Source: Roseibacillus sp. (GTDB taxonomy: Bacteria > Verrucomicrobiota > Verrucomicrobiia > Verrucomicrobiales > Akkermansiaceae). Taken from it: 12,080 nucleotides of DNA. Made by a program: the position numbers and the translations under genes. The notes below the pieces were generated by a model. That model saw nothing but the letters and a program-made list of their open reading frames with translations, searched no databases and was not told where the DNA came from. The stretch's first letter is position 1; each line of letters starts with the position of its first letter. Below, in pieces: positions 6,492-12,080 of the stretch. The stretch is from positions 1 through 12,080 of the forward strand of contig CBDEUM010000026.1 in assembly GCA_965242925.1 (NCBI GenBank). Direction: 5' to 3'.

Positions 6492-8828
6492 ATGCCCATG
6501 AACTACTTTTCCTCCATCCTGGCCACTGCCCTCGTCCTCGTCATATCGAATCCGACCCATCTGCAGGCCCAGGCGGTCCTCCTCGACTGGGATCAGAACT
6601 GGAACTTCCTCAGCCCCACCCGGGGAGCTCTCCCGCGCAATTCAGAAGGAGTGGGCCCTCATCCCGTGGGCACCACCCCCTGGTCCGCCCCCAAGGCCGA
6701 TTTCGACGCCACTTACACGGGCCCGTCCTTCTCCGTCTCCTCTCCCGGGTTTGAGGCGGGCCCCGGGAATGGCCCCTTCGGCTATGGCACCATCGACTAC
6801 CTCGGCAATCCCATCCCTGCTCCGGGGGAATTTGACAGCCTCACCTCTCTCCTCATCACTCCGCCCAGCGGATCCCGTTACACCAGTTATTTCCGCACCA
6901 CCTTCACCGTTCCTGACGACGGAAACGAATACAGCAATCCGGTTATTCGCTACATCATGGATGACGGTGGGTTCATCTACCTTGACGGGGAACTTGTCCT
7001 GGCCGTCAACATGCCGGCCGGGAGCAGCGACACCTACCTTGCCGTGGCGAGCAACACCGCCAATACGGAGACGCATCTTCGCGAGGCTCCGCTCAACCTG
7101 GCTCCGGGCACCCTCACCGGGGGCAACGAGGAAGCCTCCCTCACCGGCAACACCACCGTCGAAAAGCAGGTGCTCAGCCTCCTGCCGGGAGAACACACCA
7201 TCGCGGTCTCTCTCCACAACTATAAGAATGACAGTTCCGATCTCTTCCTTGCCCTCCAGGTGCAGGCGGGCGAACCCAAGTGTGTCATGACCGTCACCGT
7301 CTCCGATGTCGTGCTGAACGACGGGGGCACTCCCAGTAATCCAGTCGATGACACCATTGCCTTCACCGTGAATGTCACCGCCACCGGAGAATTCGGGGAG
7401 GCCTGGAAAATCCTGGCCCCCGGCAGCGCCACTCACGAAGCCGGCGGAGCCTACGACACGGACGTCGAGATCAGCGGGATTCCCATCGGGGAATTCGCCT
7501 CCGGATCTCTCAACCTCACCATCGAGGATGCCGACGATCCACTGTGCTACACCGTGGCAACCGTGGGTGCGCCCCAGATCATTGCCAGCGATCTCCGCAC
7601 CGGAACCGCGGTGTCTGTCAAGACCTTCCCCGGTTCCGATACCACCGGCTGGGTCATCAATGGCCTTGAGCGCACCATCACGATGAACAATCCCGGCGGT
7701 GGCCCGTGGCAGCTCACCAGTGAGGTGCTTGATCTCTCTTCCTCCCGCGATGTGCTGTTCAGCGGAGTGCTCCAGATCGATGACTCCTCCAGCGGCACCG
7801 AGGACGTTGATACTTTTCTTGCCACTCTCATCATCGACGGCGACATCGATAATCCCGTCAATCTTATCACTCCGCACGATACGGTCTTGCCAGACGGCAT
7901 CCTCAGTGGTGCGGAACTCGCCCCCGCCCCGGGAAGTTTCACCCTCGAACTGAATCACCTCATTCCCCGCAGCGCCCGCTCCGTGCAACTTGTCATCGAG
8001 GCTCTCAACAACTCCGCGAGCGAAGTCTTCACCGTCCGGGACCTCGTCTTCAGCCAACCGGGGGGCAACGCCCCCAGGACCCCTCTCCTTGTGGAACGCG
8101 TGGGCGACAACCTGGTCTTTACGTGGCCCAGCGGCACAGGATCGCTCTACAACCTCCGCAGCGTGGCGGAAAACTTCTCCCAGGACCCCTTCGAGTGGCC
8201 CGTCTTCGCTGGTCACGCCTCCATCGTGGCCACTCCACCCGAGAACACCCTCACTGTTCCCCTCCCCCCCGATCCCACCCGGCTCTTCGTCATCGAGTCC
8301 TTCCCCGCGCCTCCCGTTTCCATCTACTTCGACGACTTTGAAAACGGCGAGGGTCAGTGGGAGGCCGGTTCCGATGGAGCGGAAGGCACGGTATGGGAAC
8401 TGGGGGATCCGACCAGCGGACCGTTCGGATCCTTCAGTCCGGCCAGTTGCTTCGCCACCAATCTGGGCGGCAACTACTCCGCCGATGCCAATGTCTGGCT
8501 GCGCTCCCCGGCGATTGACCTGACCGGGGCACAGGGCGCGACCCTCCGGTTCGCTCACTACTACGACATCGAGGCCCCCGAGTCCGTTGCTCCCTTCACG
8601 GTCTATGATTTTGGCCAACTCTCCATTCTGGACGCGGCTGATGACTCGGAACTGGCCCTCCTGGTTCCCGGCCTTGCCGACTTCATTAACGACTGGGAGG
8701 AGATCAGCTTCGCCCTTCCGCCAAATGCCCTCGACAAGGTCATCAGGATCGAATTCCGGCTCATTTCCGACGACGTCGCCTTCCTGCCCGGCTGGTATGT
8801 TGACGATGTGGAGGTGACCATCCCGTAA
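6492..8828 (+). CDS. Secreted acidic multi-domain beta-sandwich protein (putative surface/adhesin-like), with a C-terminal immune-inhibitor-A/cleaved-adhesin (MAM-like) domain
   Basis: 778-aa ORF (alternative ATG at 6498) with a signal peptide ending in LQAQA. N-terminal jelly-roll motifs YFRTTF, MDDGGFIYLDG and GEHTIAVSLHN...SSDL. C-terminal domain FDDFENG..W ... WLRSPAIDL ... LRFAHYYDIE ... IRIEFRLISD ... GWYVDDVEV. C-ending codon bias matches the neighbouring genes. The gene is well supported; the function is inferred. Confidence 0.85.
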   Translation: MPMNYFSSILATALVLVISNPTHLQAQAVLLDWDQNWNFLSPTRGALPRNSEGVGPHPVGTTPWSAPKADFDATYTGPSFSVSSPGFEAGPGNGPFGYGTIDYLGNPIPAPGEFDSLTSLLITPPSGSRYTSYFRTTFTVPDDGNEYSNPVIRYIMDDGGFIYLDGELVLAVNMPAGSSDTYLAVASNTANTETHLREAPLNLAPGTLTGGNEEASLTGNTTVEKQVLSLLPGEHTIAVSLHNYKNDSSDLFLALQVQAGEPKCVMTVTVSDVVLNDGGTPSNPVDDTIAFTVNVTATGEFGEAWKILAPGSATHEAGGAYDTDVEISGIPIGEFASGSLNLTIEDADDPLCYTVATVGAPQIIASDLRTGTAVSVKTFPGSDTTGWVINGLERTITMNNPGGGPWQLTSEVLDLSSSRDVLFSGVLQIDDSSSGTEDVDTFLATLIIDGDIDNPVNLITPHDTVLPDGILSGAELAPAPGSFTLELNHLIPRSARSVQLVIEALNNSASEVFTVRDLVFSQPGGNAPRTPLLVERVGDNLVFTWPSGTGSLYNLRSVAENFSQDPFEWPVFAGHASIVATPPENTLTVPLPPDPTRLFVIESFPAPPVSIYFDDFENGEGQWEAGSDGAEGTVWELGDPTSGPFGSFSPASCFATNLGGNYSADANVWLRSPAIDLTGAQGATLRFAHYYDIEAPESVAPFTVYDFGQLSILDAADDSELALLVPGLADFINDWEEISFALPPNALDKVIRIEFRLISDDVAFLPGWYVDDVEVTIP

Positions 8829-8884
8829 CCCGGGACCACCTGAAAGACAGGTCGGCCGGGATTCCGGGGGAAGCCAGCCCATGC

Positions 8885-8912
8885 TTGAGTCATGGCCCGA
8901 TCCCGCTAGGCT
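8885..8912 (+). promoter_or_regulatory. Putative sigma70-type promoter, near-leaderless, for 8922..10082 (and probably the propeller gene)
   Basis: TTGAGT (8885-8890), 16-nt spacer, TAGGCT (8907-8912), 9 nt before ATG 8922; no Shine-Dalgarno. Motif match only. Confidence 0.4.
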
Positions 8913-8921
8913 CCGACCGTC

Positions 8922-10082
8922 ATGATTGCCCGATTCCTTTCGCCCTGTCTGGCCTGGCTTGTTCTCGTGCTCGCTCCGCTGGAGCACACCCAGGCCAAAC
9001 TGCCCGCCGATTTGAAGAAGCAGATCACCGCCATCCAGGCGGTGGGAGCCGAGGGGTCGGGAAATGCGGAGGCCGCGGTGGCCTTCCGGTCACTCGCCCA
9101 GGCCAGGGCCTCCGCCCTGCTGCCTCTCCTGCGTGCCATCGAGCCCAGCAACCGGATCGCACGCAACTGGTTGCGCTCGGCCGTGGAAGTGATCGTGGAA
9201 CGCGAACTCGCTGAAAAGAAGCCCCTTCCCTTCGCCGATCTGAAGACCTTCCTCTCGGACCGGACCCAGGCTCCGGAGGCCCGCCGACTCGCCTTCGACC
9301 TGATGCTGGCCATCGACCGCGGAACATCGGAAACCCTGGTCCCCGGGTTCCTTGATGATCCCAGCACCGGACTGCGACGCGATGCGGTGGCGCTGTTGAT
9401 CGCCGAAGGCGCAAAGCAACTCGCGCAGGAAGCCGGGGACCCCGCCACCGTCACCTACCGCAAGGCCCTCCACGCCGCGCGTGATGTCGATCAGATCCAG
9501 GAAATCGCCAAGGCCCTCACCGACCTGAAACAGGAGGTCGACCTGCCCCGCCATTTCGGTTTTCTGACCGATTGGCAGATCATCGGACCGTTTCACAACA
9601 CTGACCGCAAGGGCTTTGGGGAGGAATTCCCTCCGGAGAAGAAAATCGACCTCAAGGCCAGGCACCCGGGCAAGGAATCCGAGGTGACATGGCAGGCCCT
9701 CACCACCAGTGATCCCTACGGCAAGGTGGATCTCAACGAACCCTACGGCAAACTCAAGGAAGTCACCGGCTATGCCTACCACGAGTTCGAGTCAACGGAG
9801 GCACGGCCCGCGGAACTGCGGCTCGGATGCAAGAACGCCTGGAAGGTGTGGCTCAACGGCAAACTGCTCTTCAGTCGCGACGAATACCACCGTGGTCAGC
9901 GCATCGACCAGTACAAGATGCCCGCGCAACTGGAGAAGGGAACCAATTCCATCCTTATCAAGCTCTGCCAGAACGAGCAGAAGGAAGACTGGACCGTCCA
10001 GTGGGAGTTCCAATTGCGGGTCTGCGACGCCACCGGAACAGCCATCCTTGCCGCCAACCGGCCGAAGAGCGAACCGAAGTAG
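8922..10082 (+). CDS. Hypothetical secreted protein: N-terminal HEAT-like helical region plus C-terminal galactose-binding-like beta-sandwich
   Basis: 386-aa ORF with signal peptide MIARFLSPCLAWLVLVLAPLEHTQA. HEAT-like segments ARNWLRSAVEVI, EARRLAFDL and LDDPSTGLRRDAVA. Then WQIIGPFHN...FPPEK...YAYHEF...LRLGCKNAWKVWLNG...KGTNSILIKLCQ, a beta-sandwich pattern I recognise from PVC proteins. Confidence 0.88.
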   Translation: MIARFLSPCLAWLVLVLAPLEHTQAKLPADLKKQITAIQAVGAEGSGNAEAAVAFRSLAQARASALLPLLRAIEPSNRIARNWLRSAVEVIVERELAEKKPLPFADLKTFLSDRTQAPEARRLAFDLMLAIDRGTSETLVPGFLDDPSTGLRRDAVALLIAEGAKQLAQEAGDPATVTYRKALHAARDVDQIQEIAKALTDLKQEVDLPRHFGFLTDWQIIGPFHNTDRKGFGEEFPPEKKIDLKARHPGKESEVTWQALTTSDPYGKVDLNEPYGKLKEVTGYAYHEFESTEARPAELRLGCKNAWKVWLNGKLLFSRDEYHRGQRIDQYKMPAQLEKGTNSILIKLCQNEQKEDWTVQWEFQLRVCDATGTAILAANRPKSEPK

Positions 10083-10116
10083 CCCCTGCAGAACCAATTC
10101 ACTTTCCCCTGAAAAA

Positions 10117-11338
10117 ATGAAGACCCTCCTGGCTTTCCCTCTCCTCGGCGCAACCCTTCTCCTTGGCACCAGCCCCACCCGGGCGGAATGGCACCGCTTC
10201 CGTGGGACCAAACGGCAACGGCTACATCGCGGGCAACCCGAAACTTCCCACCGTCCTCGGCAAGGAAACCCTGGCCTGGAAAACCCCTCTCCCCGGACGC
10301 GGCCTGGGCAGCGCCATCGTGGTGGGGGAAAAGGTCATCGTCTCCGCGGCCAGCGGACCGCATCAGGACAAGCTCCAGATCCTCTGCTTCTCCAGCCGGG
10401 ACGGCTCGCAACTGTGGCGCCGCAGCTTCTGGGCCACCGGCCGCACCATGTGCCACAAGAAGACCTGCGTGGCCGCTCCCACTCCAACCTCGGACGGGAA
10501 ACACATCTACGTCCTCTGGTCATCGAATGACCTCATCTCACTCGATCTCGAGGGCAACCTGCGCTGGATGCGGGGACTCACCCTCGACTACCCCAACGCC
10601 TCCAACAGCCTGGGCATGTCGTCCTCCCCTGTCATTGCCGGAGACACTCTGGTGGCCCAGATCGAGAACGACTCGGAATCCTTTGCGGCCGGCTTCGATC
10701 TCGAGACTGGCGCCAACAAGTGGAAGATCGCCCGCCCCAAGATGGCCAACTGGACCTCGCCCGTCACCATGAGCTTCGGAGGACAGACCATCGTCGCCCT
10801 GCAGTCCGGCAAGGGCGTGATGGGCATCTCCCCTTCCACCGGATCGGCGCTCTGGAACTTCTCCAAGGGAGCCTCCACCATTCCCTCGGGAGCCGCGGCG
10901 GGTGACACTCTCATCATTCCCTCCCGCGGACTGACCGCTCTCAGGCCCAATGCCAAGGGTGGCGAACCCGCCCCGGTCTGGAACCAGAAAACCCAGAAAC
11001 CCGCCACCGCGAGCCCGCTCATCACGGGAGACCGGTTCTACTTCATTAACAGCGCGGGTGTTCTCACCGCGGCAGACCGCAAAACCGGGGAGCGCCTCTG
11101 GCGTATCCGCGTGAAGGGCCCCTTCTCGGGATCCCCCGTGGCCTGCCAGAACGAACATCTCTATCTCTTCAACGAAAAGGGACTCGGCCAGGTCGTCGAT
11201 CTCTCCGGAGAGGAAGGCAAGGTAGTCAGCGAGTTCGAACTCGGGGAGACCATCCTGGGAACTGCCAGCATCGCACGAAACGCACTCTACATCCGCAGCG
11301 ACCAGACTCTCTGGAAGTTCGCGAAGATGGATCAGTAG
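10117..11338 (+). CDS. PQQ-binding-like (BamB-type) beta-propeller repeat protein, interrupted by a +1 frameshift at 10204-10206 (sequencing error or recent pseudogenisation)
   Basis: ATG at 10117 encodes the signal peptide MKTLLAFPLLGATLLLGTSPTRA and then EWHRFRG in the frame of ORF 9709..10530. The protein continues as PNGNGYIAG...LAWKTPLPGRGLGSAIV in the frame of ORF 10163..11338. Deleting one G from cgtGGGacca restores the family motif W-x-x-FRGPNGNG. Propeller repeats: DGSQLWR, APTPTSDG, SSPVIAGD, ETGANKWK, ASPLITGD, KTGERLWR, FSGSPV. Confidence 0.88.
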
Positions 11339-11438
11339 GGCCGCCGCCCGGTTCCTGGTCGAGGTTCCAGACCGCCTCAAGGCATCAGGAATTGATTGCT
11401 GGCCGCAAAAATGCGGCTGATTCCCCGGCGTTCTGGTC

Positions 11439-11467
11439 GTGCAGAGAACGGGATTCCTCCGTAGAGT
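11439..11467 (+). promoter_or_regulatory. Putative sigma70-type promoter, near-leaderless, for the CE15-like gene
   Basis: GTGCAG (11439-11444), 17-nt spacer, TAGAGT (11462-11467), 10 nt before ATG 11478. The -35 is weak. Confidence 0.3.
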
Positions 11468-11477
11468 CCGGGAAATC

Positions 11478-12080
11478 ATGACCCCGTTCCACCGAGCCTC
11501 TGCCGTCCTCACTGCCCTCCTGCTCGCTTCCTCCCTCCCCAGCCACGGACAGCAGCCCAACTACGACGAAAGCAAGGTTCCGGACTACAAACTGCCCGAA
11601 CCTCTCGCCTTAGGCGGCACCTTCACCCGCAGCAAAGACACCTGGGAGAAGAAAATGAGACCCGCCACCCTCGCCATCCTGGAGCGTGAAATGTACGGCA
11701 GCCCACCCGCTCCCTCACAACCCCTCTCCTTCTCCTTCAACCTGGAGAATGAGGTCAAGGATGCGGGTGACGGCATGGTCGTGCGGCGGAGCTACCTCAT
11801 TTCCTTTTCTCACCCCGGGAGCCCCCTGCTCCGGCTTCTCCTCTACCTGCCCCGCGATGCCCGCAAGGTGCCTGCCTTCCTTGGGCTGAACTTCCGCGGC
11901 AACCACACCCTCGAGAAGGACCCGCGCATCACGCTGGAAACCGGTTACGTGCTGGGAGCCAATCGCACCGGCGACAACACCACCCTCGCCGCAAAGAACC
12001 GGGGTATCGCCGCCGGTCGCTGGCCGGTCACCACCATCACCGACCGGGGCTACGCCCTCGCCACCCTGTGCTGCAGCAAT
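11478..12080 (+). CDS. Carbohydrate esterase, CE15 glucuronoyl-esterase-like (often annotated acetylxylan esterase); 3' end lies outside the window
   Basis: Translated by hand; open for 201 codons to the window edge. Signal peptide MTPFHRASAVLTALLLASSLPSHG, then NYDESKVPDYKLPEPL ... WEKKMRPATLAILEREMYGSPP ... LLLYLP...VPAFLGLNFRGNH ... RWPVTTITDRGYALAT, which match the N-terminal half of bacterial CE15 proteins. The catalytic GHSRxGK motif would lie beyond the window. Confidence 0.85.
   Translation, partial: MTPFHRASAVLTALLLASSLPSHGQQPNYDESKVPDYKLPEPLALGGTFTRSKDTWEKKMRPATLAILEREMYGSPPAPSQPLSFSFNLENEVKDAGDGMVVRRSYLISFSHPGSPLLRLLLYLPRDARKVPAFLGLNFRGNHTLEKDPRITLETGYVLGANRTGDNTTLAAKNRGIAAGRWPVTTITDRGYALATLCCSN

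Noticed and set aside
6642..8987. 781-aa minus-strand ORF
   Set aside because: In-register antisense of 6492..8828, which has the signal peptide and domain motifs; the translation is typical shadow sequence.
9709..10530. 273-aa plus-strand ORF as a separate overlapping gene
   Set aside because: Only codons 10117-10206 look real (signal peptide of the frameshifted propeller); the rest is off-frame, low-complexity S/T/R/P sequence.
10117..11338. Naming the propeller bamB or a PQQ dehydrogenase
   Set aside because: No lipobox Cys, no bam/der gene context, and it is too short and lacks recognisable quinoprotein catalytic motifs; it fits the expanded PVC PQQ-like family.
2399..11457. GGATTCC(GG) motif upstream of three genes (2399-2407 minus, 8859-8867, 11451-11457)
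   Set aside because: Short GC-rich word at inconsistent distances from the starts; cannot be told from chance without a genome-wide test.
1..12080. CRISPR array, tRNA/rRNA, IS/integrase, phage or defence genes
   Set aside because: No regularly spaced repeats, RNA-gene signatures, terminal inverted repeats or matching protein motifs seen; intergenic gaps are all under 200 nt.

Overview
GC-rich bacterial DNA, most likely from the PVC superphylum. The gene families point to a marine-type Verrucomicrobiota or Planctomycetota, which is an inference. I can support seven protein-coding genes, all with an apparent N-terminal signal peptide. On the minus strand are a PSCyt1/DUF1549/DUF1553 (PSD1 planctomycete cytochrome c) protein that runs off the left edge and is missing from the ORF track, and an S1 sulfatase. 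On the plus strand are an S9 DPP-IV-like peptidase, a 778-aa acidic multi-domain surface protein, an uncharacterised HEAT-like/beta-sandwich protein, a PQQ-like (BamB-type) beta-propeller gene with a +1 frameshift at 10204-10206, and a CE15-type esterase that runs off the right edge and is also missing from the track. I saw no RNA gene, mobile element or CRISPR array. The very long opposite-strand ORFs are in-register antisense shadows. No clearly new system is demonstrable. The best leads are the modular surface protein, the HEAT/beta-sandwich plus propeller gene pair, the frameshift, and a recurring near-leaderless promoter layout.
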